From Mobula hypostoma (Eukaryota), in assembly GCF_963921235.1 (NCBI RefSeq), contig NC_086097.1, positions 186,498,001-186,562,000 on the forward strand: a DNA stretch of 64,000 nt, read 5' to 3'. The notes under the pieces are model-generated. The model did no database searches. It saw nothing but the letters and a program-made list of their open reading frames with translations, and was not told where the DNA came from. Position 1 is the first letter of the stretch, and each line of letters starts with the position of its first letter. Shown here in pieces: positions 23,340 to 35,419 of the stretch. A program made the translations under genes and the position numbers.

Positions 23340-26127
23340 TATAGAGGAGTAAAGGGAATTACAGAGGCATGAGAGAGAAATTGGCCAAAGTTGTTGGGAA
23401 GTGAACACTACAGAGATGACAACAGAATAGCAATGACTGGAGTTTCTGAAAGCAATTCAGAAGGCCCAGGAAAGATACATCCCAAAGATGAAGAAATATT
23501 CTAAAGGGAGGATGAGGCAACTGTAGCTGACAAGGTAAGTCAAAGACAGCAGAAAAACAAAAGAGAGGGAGTATAACGTTGCAAAAATTAGTGGGATGGT
23601 AGAAGTTTGGAAAGCTTTTAAAATGCAATGGAAGGCAACTAAAAAAGCCAAAAAGAGAGAAAAGATGAAATATAAAGGCAAGATCGTCAATGATATAAAA
23701 GAGGATACATAAAGACTTTTCAGATATACCTGTATAAAGAATAAAAGAAAGATGAAAGTCGATTGTTTACCTCTGGAAAATTACACTGGAGAGGTAGAAC
23801 TGGGGGACAAAGAAATGGCGGACAAACTTATTAAGTATTTTACATCAGCCTTTACTGTAGAAGACACTGGCAGAATGCCAGAAATGTGTGTGTCAGGGGG
23901 CAGAAGTAAGTGTCATTATTGCTTGGGAAGCTGAAAAGTCTGAAGGTAGATAAGTCACCTGGACCAGATGGACTACACCTCAGGTTTCTGAAAGAGGTAG
24001 CTGAAGAGATTGTGGGGGAATTCAAGAATGGTTCCAGAAGACTGGAAAATTGTAAATGTCACTCCACTCTTTAAGAAGTGTGGGAGAAAGAAGAAAGGAA
24101 ATTATAGGCTAGTTACCTTACTTCTATAATTGGAAAGGTGTTGCAGTCTATTATTGAGGATGAGGTTTTAGGGTACTTGGAGGCACATGACAAAACAGGC
24201 CGAAGTCAGCATGGTTTTCTTAAGGAGAAATCTTGCCTGACAAACTTGTTGGAATTCTTTGAGGAAATAATAGGCAAAAGAGACAGTCAATGGATGTTGT
24301 TAATTTGTATTTCCAGAAGGCTTTTGACAAGGTACCACTCCTAAGGCTGCTTAACAAGATAAGAGCACATGGTATTACAGGTAAGATACTAGTAAAGATT
24401 GGCTGACTGGCAGGAAGCAAACAGTGGGAATAAAGAAGGCCTTTTCTGATTGGCTGTCAGTGAAGAGTGGTATTCCACAGGGGATAGTATTGGAACTGCT
24501 TCTTTTCACGTCATATGTTAATGACAGGATAAAGGAATTGATGGCTTTGTGGACAATACAAAGATAAATGGAGGGGCAGGTAGCATTAAGGAAGAAGGGT
24601 GTCTGCAGAAAGACTTGGACAGATTGGGGAATGGGCAAAGAATATAGTGTAGAGAAGTATATGTCATGCACTTTGGTATAAAGATGGGAGGAAAAGATGG
24701 TGGTGCGACGCAGCGCGCACAGCCTCTCCGGTGATGAATATTTGGTATCTGTCAAGTGGGATGCTGTGCACAATTCTGATTTGATGGAGGCAGATGTGAC
24801 AGCACGGAGGATCATCTAGTGAAACCTCTGAAGTGCCTGTTTCGTTGCCGCTGCTACTGTGCGATCCAGAATCTCCGGAGGGGAAGGCCCCGAATCCTCG
24901 GCTTTGCCTGTTGCTTGGCGGCCGGGGCCAGGGCCGAAGTGCTCGGCAGAGATGGTGCTCGGTGTCGGAGGGCTGGTCGGAGGCTCGAAGTTTTCAGACA
25001 GACTCAGAGTCAGCTGTGGTCAGGTGCTTCCAGGATGCTGCATAGGCAAATTTGCGGCACTGGAAGTTCATGGCAGGGAGAGTTTCTCCCTTCTACCGTC
25101 TGCATGAGATGTTGGGGCTATTGGGACTTTGAGACCTTTTTTTAATGTGCCCATGGTCTGCTTTTATCAAATTACAGTATCGCTTTGCACTTTTGTAACT
25201 ATATGTTATAATTATGTGGTTTTTGTCAGTTTTAGTCTTGGTCTATCTTGTGTTTCTGTGATATACTGGAGGAACATTGTATCATTTTTAATGCATGCAT
25301 TTCTAAATGACAATAAATGAGGACTGAGTGTCCTCATAATCTAATCTAATCTAGTAATCTAAAGGCTTTGGACTGTTTTCTAAATAGAGAGAAAATTGAA
25401 AAATCTGAGGTGCAAAGGGAATTGGAAGTCCTCGTGCATGATTTAGTGGTTAACTTGCAGGATGAGTTGATGGAAATGTATGCAAATGCAATGTTAACAT
25501 TCATTTTGAGAGGACTAGAATGGAAAAACAAGGATGTGATGCTAAGGTTTTACAAGGCATTGGTCAGACTGCACTTGGAGTATTCTGATCAGTTTCAGGA
25601 CCCTTATCTCAAAAAGGTTGTGCTGGTATTGGAGAGAATCCAGAGGAGGTTCACAAGAATGATCCCAGGAATGAAAGGATTAATGTATGAGCAGTGTTTA
25701 ATGGCTCTGAGCCTGTACATGCTGGATTTTAGAAGAATGATGTGGGATTTATCAAATATTGAAAGGCCTAGATAGCGTGGATGTGGAGAGGACATTTCCG
25801 AAAATGGGGAAAGTCGAGGACCAGACAGCACAGCCTCAGAGTAGAGGGACAGGACGTTCATTTAGAACAGTGATGAGGCAAAATGACCTTAGCCAGAGGG
25901 TAGTGAATCTGTGGAATTTATTGCTATAGATGGCTGTGAAAGCGCTGTCTTTGGGTATAGTTAAGGTGGAGGTTGATATGTTCTTGATTAATCAGGCATC
26001 AAGGTTACAGGGAGATGGCAAGAGAATGGAGTTGAGAAGGAAAATATATCAGCCATGATAAAAATGGTAGAGCAGACTCAATGGGCTGAATGGCCTAATT
26101 CTGCTCCTATGTCTTGTTGTCTTATGA
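23340..26127 (+). mobile_element. Decayed CR1 ORF2 and tail, interrupted by 24694-25352
   Basis: ORF 24138..24344 QHGFLKEKSCLTNLLEFFEE; ORF 25368..25775 YKALVRLHLEY..QRRFTRMIPGM; tail CTAATTCTGCTCCTATGTCTT. Confidence 0.9.
24694..25352 (+). mobile_element. GC-rich non-autonomous retroelement, copy 2
   Basis: Starts AAGATGGTGGTGCGACG, CpG-rich 5' half, ends GACAATAAA...(TAATC)n; homologous to 4215-4786. Confidence 0.85.
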
Positions 26128-26929
26128 ACTTGAAGGAAACTATTTTTACCCAAGGGATGCACCATGGACTGAGTACTGGGAAGTGAGGTTAGCCTAGACT
26201 TTTTGGGTCAATCAGCTCCCTGCAATATCATACGTTTTAATGATTCTATGACTTTTTAATTATCTGTCCTCCTAGCTAATGCTCCTTTTTTCCTAGCATT
26301 TGAAAAGCATTCTGTTTTGAGGGGGTGAGTATAGTGTGGAGGATAACTGAAAGATTTAATCCTGTTATGTAACAACACACCTACCAATAGTTCACCAGCA
26401 GCAATGATAATGCCTATGAAGAAGCCACATCATCCCACATTTCTGTAAAGGCCTGCAGCACTGTGTCAGGATGGAGAAGCAAGGGAGGGGAGAAAAAGTT
26501 TTCTTTTTAATATTCATACAGCAAGGATAATGGCAATAAAAAGTAATGCAAAATTAGAAAATGTTTACCTGAAGATGGATGTACAAGGCTCACCTCAAAC
26601 TGAGTTTCAGCCTCATTTCCAATAACCTGGACAGCTGAAGACACAAGTCAGGTGTCTGAGCAGTCCTCCAGACAGATGGTTCCATCAGCCCTGGGACTCG
26701 AGCTTGAGACACTGCTCAGAAAAGGAGAACAAGTACATGGATATCAGTGATGCCAACATAGAATAATCTGCTCATGAATCTCCTGGTTACAGCATCACAC
26801 ACCTAGAAACACTGATCAAAGCATGTGCTTTTGTCAAATTTCATCGTGATCCAGTGATTAGAACTTAAGTGGACCAGCATCATAATTATTAAAATCCAAG
26901 TGCATTCAGAAGCAAATGATTCACCTTGT

Positions 26930-27420
26930 AATCTTTCCAATATTCTAAAAGCGCAATTCAGGACTGCAATGGAACACACTCCTCAGTTGCCTGGATGAGT
27001 GCATCTCCAACAACTCTCATGAAGATCTATATCTCTCAAGCCAAAACATCCTGTTAGATTGGCTCCCATCCACAGCATACATTCATTCCTACCACCACCA
27101 GTGCAGTGCCTATAATATGCACTACATGCAAAATGTACACTGGAGTTAATTCGTCTTCTCTATTCCAATACCAGTTCTTGAACTCACAACCTCTACCACT
27201 AAGTGATTCAGATACACCAGAGCGCCACTAGATTTGGCATTCCCTCTAAGTTTGTACAGCATCCTGACTTATCACCAGTCATTCATGTCAGTGGGACTAA
27301 ATCTTGAAACTCTGTATCCCGTGACACTAAGAGGTACCTTCACCAGGTACACTGCAGTAGATCAAGAAGACGATATACCACCATCTTTTCAGAAATAATT
27401 GGGGCTGAAAATATGGTCTA
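26930..27420 (+). mobile_element. Old L2/Crack-like LINE 3' fragment
   Basis: Degenerate translation resembling KAQ.R..ME.....WMSASPTTL.K; similar tail sequence at ~15480-15740. Confidence 0.5.
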
Positions 27421-27989
27421 GCTCTCCACATTTAAGCAGCTTGATAATTGGGTGCAGGAGGTTTCAACGTAATTTGTTATGCACAATAATATGTAACATA
27501 TAAGTTTCCTTTTCTGCCTCAGATACCTTGAATTATCAGATTTAAAAAGGAGTGGAGGAATACAAACAGCTTGATGCTCAGGTCATTAAAGCTGGTTACT
27601 CATATAGTTGGGACTACAAAAAGGAGTACAGTACAGAATTATTGATCCAGAGTTATTGCTATGTTCCACTGCTTGGTTATGTTACTTCAAATTTAAATAT
27701 TAGATTTTTCTTATGAGGTGAGTTGTTAACATTTTGAACTGAACAATCAACATAATGGAAAATATTTACATAGTGAACTTGTTACACTGGCTGTATTTGT
27801 GTGGTGTATTGCTACTGATGAGAAAACAATCAAATAGTCTAATAACATCCTGATACAAAGACAGTGGTGTCATAGCTAATAATGCTGTGGGCCCACGGTT
27901 CCAGTAATCTGAGCTTAATCTTGAACCTGGTGCTGTCTGTATGGAGTTTGCACATTTCCCAGTGATTATATGAGGTTCTCCATTGACCA

Positions 27990-28440
27990 ATACATTGTGG
28001 ACAACATCCCTCCCCATAACTGGTAGTATCTACGGGAGATGCTGTCTCAAGACGGCAACATTTATCATCTGAGATCCCCAGCATCTGGGCAATGCCATCA
28101 CTTTTCAACCAGCAATTGTCAAAAGATAAGGAAGCCTGAGATCCCATATCACCAGGTTCAAGAGAAGCTGCTTCCTTTTACCCATCAGTTCTTGAACCAA
28201 TCAGCAAAACCTTAATCACTGCAACACGATGACCACTTTGATCATTTTGACCCAAAATGGACTTAATTTTTTTGTTCTAATTGAGTTCTTTCTTGTAAAA
28301 CCTGTGTATAATTTAGCTTAATTTATGTTTTTTCTACGAATGCTTCTTATGATGCCACACGCCTGAGATGCTGCTGCAGGAATTTTTTCATTGAACCAGT
28401 GCATGCATGCATTTTTGCATAAACAATAAACTTTGACATT
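27990..28440 (+). mobile_element. Rex1-like 3' tail fragment
   Basis: CACCAGGTTCAAGAGAAGCTGCTTCC...CAATAAACTTTGAC. Confidence 0.6.
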
Positions 28441-28449
28441 TAATCCGTA

Positions 28450-29285
28450 AGATTCAAGATGCGTAATGTCATTTCCAGTACACAAATGTAAAGGAGAATA
28501 AAATAATTGTTACTTTGGATCTGATGTAGCATAAAAATCTTAAAAAACACAATAAATATAAGGTAGCTTATATCCATAGATTGATTGTATGTCCATTAGG
28601 TGACACAAGGCACAGGAGTGTCTGTACATAAGATGACTACAGGAAATTATTAGATGGTGGTGTTGGGGCATAGAGGGGTGAGTTAGTGGGTGGAAGTATT
28701 GATCAGCCTTACTGCTTGGGAAAAGTAACTGCTATTAAGTCTGGTGGTCCTGGCGTGGATGCTACTTAGCTTCTTCACTGATGGGAGTGGGAGAAACGGT
28801 CCATGAGCAGGGTAGATGGGATCCTTCATTACGTTATTGTCCCTTTTGCAGCACCTTTCTATGTATACGTCCTTGCTGATGGGTAAGCTGGTGCCAGTAA
28901 TGCATCGGGCAGTGTTGACCATCCGTTGTAGAGCCTTCCTGTCTGCTGCAGAGCAGCTGCCATAATATGCAGTGACGCAGCATGTCAGGATGCTCTCTAC
29001 TGCACATCTGTAGAATGAGATGAGCATAGATGTGCAAAGTCCAGCTCTCTCTTCAGCCTCCTCAGAAAGTAGAGTTGTGGATGAACTTTCCTGACTGTGT
29101 AGGATGTGTTCTGGAACCATTAGAGGATGTGTGAGATGTGCGCTCACAGGAGATTGAAACTGTTTGCAGCTTCCACTGCTGTGTTGCCAATGTAAAGGAG
29201 TCTGCAAGTGGTGCGAGTTCTCCAGAAGTCAATAACCGTCTCTTCTGGCTTGTTGACAGTGAGGAAGAGGTTATTTGCCTGGCAT
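28450..29285 (-). mobile_element. Rex1-like LINE 3' end
   Basis: ORF 28683..29207 FYRCAVESILTCCVTAYYGSCSAADRKALQRMV..RTTRLNSSYFSQAVRLIN. Confidence 0.9.
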
Positions 29286-30509
29286 ACTAGACAAATTGTC
29301 TACTATAGACTACCCCTCATGTAAATAAGTGGTAAAATCAAGGGAGAATTGACAGGAATGTCAGGAAAGTAGGGTAGAGGGAAAACAGAATGCAATGAAA
29401 TTGCTCTGTATGTGGGACAGACTGAAATGTTCTCCTTCTACGGCTCTTATGAAAAAGTAGATGGGATGCAACTGATTCAGATAAATAACTGGATCAAATT
29501 TAGGGTTCGGAAGAATAACAGAGAACAAATAGAGAAAGATCTGAGAGTTGAAATGGATGAATTGTAATTAAAATCAGGAACAGAAAGAAATAGATAGGGA
29601 GGGAAGAAGTTAGATACAGAAAAGAGAATCAGAGATCTTCCATTACAAAGAACCTATAGAATTTATTGAAAAGGAAAAATAATTCAGCAATTGAAAAGTG
29701 GCAGGAGAATCAGATTAAGTTTGATGGTTCGTGTGGAGAAAATCTTGATTGCAGGAGCACATTGTGATAAATAGCCTGCATCTATGCCGAAACATTCAAT
29801 CATTCTGCAATTCTTCTCCACGTAGTTGTTCAGAGGGAGGAAGAAAATCCTATAAAGACCTTCTCTCTGTGCACTGAATGGTTGGGTACAAAAAAAATCA
29901 CATACTAAATTGCCGGCCACTTGTGTGAGGAATGCAGCAAATAAAAGAAAGAAGAAATTGACTAAAGGGGTGAGGAGAGGTTATACGGAGGATGTGATTT
30001 AATTTATTCATATTTATCAATTCAAAAGATTAAAATGCAATTTTGTTTGATATATGAAAAAAAATCTAAATTACTAACGAATCATTAGTGTTCTAGTTAC
30101 AGTTAAATGTAGTTAATTGTCTTAGCTGAAAACATGTCAAATCAGTAAATACTCATTTTCTTTTATAAGTGTAAACAGGATTGCAGTGGTTTTATCACAC
30201 AGCATGTGTGAATCTGTTTGATCTTTTCCTCATCACCAGCACTCCATTTCAACCAATGAGACAAGGTCAGCCATTTGAGTGCCTTTGATTCCGTTCATTG
30301 TTCAGGTCCTAATGAAGGCTTCATCTGCAATATTAAATAATTTTTCCATTTCACATGCTTCCTGCTTTGCTCCTCTGACAGTTGCTAGGCATATATGATT
30401 TTATAAAATATTAGTCGTGTAAGGATCTGCATTCAAAACAGCACAACATTTGAAAGAACTGATTTTGAAGAAATTCATTCAGCTTTTTGCAATCATTCTT
30501 CAAACGTAT

Positions 30510-31082
30510 TTAAATTTACCACTTCATTGGTTACAACTGTATGCCGGCTCGTTAATGAAAATATATAATCAGCCAATCATGTGGAAGCAGTTTAATGTAT
30601 AAAAGCATGTAGACATGGTCAAGAGGTTCAGTTGATGTTCAGACCAAATATCAGAATGGGGAAGAAGTGTTGTCTAAGTAACGTTGACTGTGGAAAATGA
30701 TTGTTGGTGCCAGGTGGGTTGGTTAAAGTATCTCAGAAACTGCTGAAATCCTGGAAATTTCATGCACAACCGTCTATTGAGTTTACAGAGAATATTGCAA
30801 ATATCAAAAAATAACACCCAGTGACTGACATTTCTCTGGGCAAAACTGCCTTGTTAATGACAGAGGTCAGAGGAGAATGGCCAGACTGGTTCAAGCTGAC
30901 GGGAAGGAGACAGTAACTCAAATAACCACATATTATAACAATGGTGTGCAGAAGAGCATCTCTGAACACAAGATACATTGAACCTTGAGGTGGATGGGCT
31001 ACGGCAGCAGAAGACCACAAACATACACTCAGTGGCCACTTATTAGGAACAGTCCTGTACTTAATAAAGTGGCCACTGACTG
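30510..31082 (+). mobile_element. Non-autonomous Tc1-like DNA transposon (transposase N-terminal HTH remnant, terminal TIR palindrome)
   Basis: From ATG 30656, frameshifted MGKKC.LS..IVGAR...SISETAEIL...RGQRRMARLVQAD.K.TVTQITT...VQKSISEH..MGYGSRRP; TIR CACTCAGTGGCCACT. Confidence 0.85.
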
Positions 31083-31089
31083 GATATAC

Positions 31090-34000
31090 TGCAGATGCTT
31101 GACTGCTGATTCAGAGCTTTTAGAACAGGTGTGGTTCTTGAATGGAGCAGTCTTGTCGCACTCTTGTTCCTCCAATCTATGACGCCTAATGGATTAAATG
31201 CCCAACATTCTACTTACTGAGAGAGTTCCCTGGGTGATCCTGACCACAGTATACATACTGCCAAAGGCCAGTGTTAAGGCAGAACTTGAGGTACTGAATG
31301 CCACCTCCAGCAAACAAGAAGCAGCCTACCCAGATGCCTTTCAAGTCATTGTCAGGGACTTCAATCAGGCTCGTTTGAAGAAATATCTTCCCAAATATCA
31401 TCAACAGATCACCTGCAACACCAGGGTCCCAACACACTGGAGCACTGCTATACTACAATTAAGAATGTCTATTGTTCCATGCCTAGATAGTATTATTGGA
31501 AATCTGATCACTTAGCTGTTCTTCTACTGGCTGCATACAGGCAGAAGCTAATGAACAAGTCTCTAGAGATAAAGATGACAAAGAAGTGAACACCAGAGGC
31601 AAAGGAACAACTTTGGGATTGCTTTGCGTCAGTGGCCGTGTTCAAGAACTCATTTGAATACACCATGATTGTCATGAACTTTGTAAAAACAGTCACAAAC
31701 TTTATGCAATTGAGTGTGTCCCCACAAAATTACTCACTCTTCCCTAAACATTCCCTTCCCTGAAACATGAGATCGGCAATTTGTTAAGGACCAGATCAGT
31801 GGCATTCAGGTGTGACCACCAAGTTAATTAAAAGAGGTCCAAGTAGGATCTTCGGAAAGCCATCTCACTTGCAAAGTGGCAGTTCTAGACCAAACCTGAG
31901 TCACTGAAGGATCATAAATACTGAAAGATGTCTGATAGCCATGACAGAGCCTGAATGCTATTACCTCCTATAAAATGAAACCAAGTCTTCACTTCCAAGT
32001 GAGCTCAATGCATTTTATGCTTGCTTTCACAGTCAAAACATGGAGACACATTTATAAACTTCTACGGTCCCCAGTGACCCTGTGAATCCAGTTTCGGAGG
32101 CTGGTGTGAGAGCATCTTACAGGAGGGTGCGCCCATGAACAGCATTTGGCCCAGACATGGTGTTCTTTAGGGGTCAGTACTGGGACTGCTACTTTGCGGA
32201 TGATACAAAGATAGGTGGAGGGGCAGGTAGTGCTGAGGAAGCTATGTGATTGCAGCAGGACTTAAACAACTTAGAAGAATGGGCAAAAAAGTGCAGATGG
32301 AATACAGAGTTGGGTAATGTATGATAATGCATTTTGATAAAAGGAACAATAGTGTGGACTATTATCTAAACGGGGAGAAGATCAAACAGCAGAGGTGCAG
32401 AGGGACTTAATAATCCTTGTGCAAGACTCCCAGAAGGTTAATTTACAGGTTGAGCTTGTGGTAAAGAAGGCAAACGCAATGTTGACATTTATTTCATGAG
32501 GAATAATATATAAAAGCAAAAAGATAATGCTGAGGCTTTATAAGACACTAGTCAGGCTGCACTTGGGAGTATTATCAACAGTTTTGGGCCTCATATCTCA
32601 GAAAGGATGTGTTGTCATTGGGGAGAGTCCAGAGGAGGTTCATGAGGATGATTCCAGGAATAAAGAGATTAACATAACATATAAAGGTCATTTGGCAGCT
32701 TTGGGCCTGTATTCACTGGAATTTAGAATAATGCTTGGGGACTCATTGAAACCTACTATATGTTGAAAGGACTAGATAAGGTAGATGTGGAGATTATGTT
32801 TCCTGTGGCGGGGATATCCAGAACTAGAGGGCACAGCCTCAAAACTGAGGGGTGAACTTTTAAAACAGAGACAAGGAGAAATTTTTTTAGCCAGAGGGTA
32901 GTAAATCTGTGGACTGCTCTGCCACAGACTGTGGTGGAGGCTTAGTCCGTGGATATATTTATGATGCAAGTTAATAGTAGGGCAGACTTGATGGGCTGAA
33001 TGGCTCCTATATCTTATGGTCTTATGGTCCAAGTATATGACAAGAAGGTAGGTATATGGGGTTGAGAGGGATCCAGGATCAGCCATAATAGAACAAACTC
33101 GATGGGCCGAATGGCCTAATTCTGCTCCTAGGTTTTATGGCCTAAGGTGCTAAAGACTTGTGTTGATTAACTAGTTGGAGTGTTCACCGATATCTTTAAC
33201 CTCTCACTTTGGCAGCTGGAGGTACTTACCTGCTTCAAGCAGGCTTCAGTTATACCAGTGCCCAAGAAGAGCATGGTAACCTGTCTCAGTGACTATCATC
33301 TAGTAGCACTTACTGTACATGCACAGTGATGAAGTGCTTTGAGAGGTGGGTGATAAAACATATCAACTCCTGCCTGAGAAGTGACTTGGATCTGCTCCCA
33401 TTTGTCTTCCTTCACAACAGGTCAACAGAAGATGCTATGTCATTGGCTCTTTACTCACCTCTGGAACATCTGGACAGGGAAGATGCATACATCAGGATGC
33501 TCTTTTTTGACTCCCACTCAGCATTTAATATTATCATCCCTTCAAAACTAATCAATAAGTTTCAATACCTAGGACTCAATACCTTCTTGTGCAACTAGAT
33601 CCTGGATTTCTTCACTTGCAGACCTCAGTAAGTCTGGATTCGTAACAACACCTCCTCCACAATCTCCATCAGCACAGGTGCACTACGAGGGTTAGCCCCC
33701 TGCTCTACTCTCAATACTTATGACTGTGAGGCTAAGCACAGCTCCAATGCCTAAGTTTAATTGTGCAGACAACACCATTGTTGCTGACAGAATCAACACT
33801 GATGATAAATCAGGGATAAATAGAAGGGAGATTGTGAATCTGGCTGACTGGTGCCACAACAAGAACCTTGCTGTTTCAATGTCAGCAAGATAAAGGCATT
33901 GACATCAGGAGAAGGAATCCAGAGTCTTCACTGAGGAATCAGATTTGGAGAGAGTCAGCAGCTTTAAGTCCCTCACTGTTATCATTTCAGAGGATCTGTC

Positions 34001-34675
34001 CTGGATCCAGCATATAAGTGCTATTACGAAGAAGTAACGGCAGTACCTCCACTTTCTTAAAGTTTCTGAAGAAACGGCATGTCACCTAAAACTTCTATAG
34101 ATGTGGAGTGGAGCGTATATTGGCTGGCTGCCTCATAGATTGGTATGGAAACACCAATGCCTTTGAATAGAAAAGCCAATAAAAAATAGTGTATATGGCC
34201 CATTACTCACCATTCAGCACATCTACACAAAGCGCTGTCACAGGAAAGCAGCACCCACTATTGAGGCCATGCTCTCTTCTTCCTGTTGACAGCAGGCAGC
34301 AGTTACAGGAGCCACAGGACACATACCACCAGGTTCAGGAACACTTATTAACCCTCAACCGTCAGGCTCTTGAACCAAAGGGGATAACTTCACTTGCTCA
34401 CCACTAAACTGTTGCTACAAACTATGGACTCATTTTCAAGGCCTCTTCTTCTCAAGTTCTTGATATTTATTGCTTATTTGTTATTATTATTATTATTTCT
34501 TTTTTCTTTGATTTTATATCTGCAGTTTGTTGTCTTTTTCACACTGATAGTTTGTCCATCCTGTTGAGTGTGGTCTTTCATTGATTCTACTGTGTCTTGG
34601 ATTTACTGTGATTGCCCACAAGTAAATGAATCTCAGAGCTGGATGTGGTGATGTATATGTGCTTACTTTGAACTT
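31090..34675 (+). mobile_element. Long decayed Rex1/Babar-like LINE (endonuclease, RT, tail), interrupted by CR1 at ~32163-33144
   Basis: ORF 31198..31515 VILTTVYILPKA..DFNQARLKKYLPKYHQQITC; ORF 33326..33598 MKCFERWV..NRSTEDAMSLAL..YIRMLFFD.HSAFNII. Confidence 0.88.
32163..33144 (+). mobile_element. CR1 3' portion nested in Rex1-like LINE
   Basis: FADDTKIGG, MLRLYKTLVRLHL; partially duplicated tail at ~32980-33140. Confidence 0.88.
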
Positions 34676-34906
34676 TTTTATGTACACAAGAGATGATGTT
34701 GAAAATCCAGAGTACACACGTAAAATGCTGGAGGAACTCAGCAAGTCAGGCAACATCTGTGAAAAGGAATACGGAGTCGAATTTTTGGGCCAAGATCCTT
34801 AAAGGACATGATGATTGTTATGATGAAGGACAGTATGACACAAGACGCGGTGTTCAAATCTATATGTTTTATATTTTTACTACTTGCAACAGAATCTATT
34901 CAAACT

Positions 34907-35090
34907 TAGACCATAAGACCATAAGATATAGGAGCCATTCAATCATGGGCTGATCCAATTCTTCCAGTCATCCCTACTCCCCTGCCTTCTCCCCATACCC
35001 TTTGATGCCCTGGTTAATCAAGAACCTATCTATCTCTGCTTTAAATACACCCAATGACTTGACCTCCACAGCCGCTCATCGCAACAAATT
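34907..35090 (-). mobile_element. CR1 3' tail
   Basis: (GACCATAA)n tail plus CCTGCCTTCTCCCCATACCCTTTGATGCCC. Confidence 0.85.
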
Positions 35091-35419
35091 TTAATTGGGA
35101 TCCAGAACCAGAATCGGAACTACAACTATGGATTCTTACCCCAGTTTACACTGTCAATTCCAGTGACAGACTGAACAAATTCATACAGGTAAAAATATGA
35201 TAACTTGCTGATGCCATGGTCTCTGGTTTCTTCTACAATGCTGCAATTGTACTCTTCCATAGGCACCACAAAAAACGTTGCCAGGATTGCTGGATATCAA
35301 TGTCAAACTCATTAGCTCATGTCAGTGATTCCCATCAGATTTGCTGACATTCTCACAGCATTCAGTACATGTCATACATCCAAGCATGCATAAACTTAGA
35401 GATCTGAGACTGACAGCTG

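Noticed and set aside
24694..25100. CpG island / host promoter
   Set aside because: The CpG richness lies wholly within a dispersed repeat nested in a CR1.
24819..25145. Three overlapping ORFs with similarity to ORF 4358..4732
   Set aside because: The similarity comes from two copies of one GC-rich repeat; frames are not preserved between copies.
25210..25260. GGTTTTTGT as an immunoglobulin RSS nonamer
   Set aside because: No correctly spaced CACTGTG heptamer or V/J segment; it lies inside a repeat.
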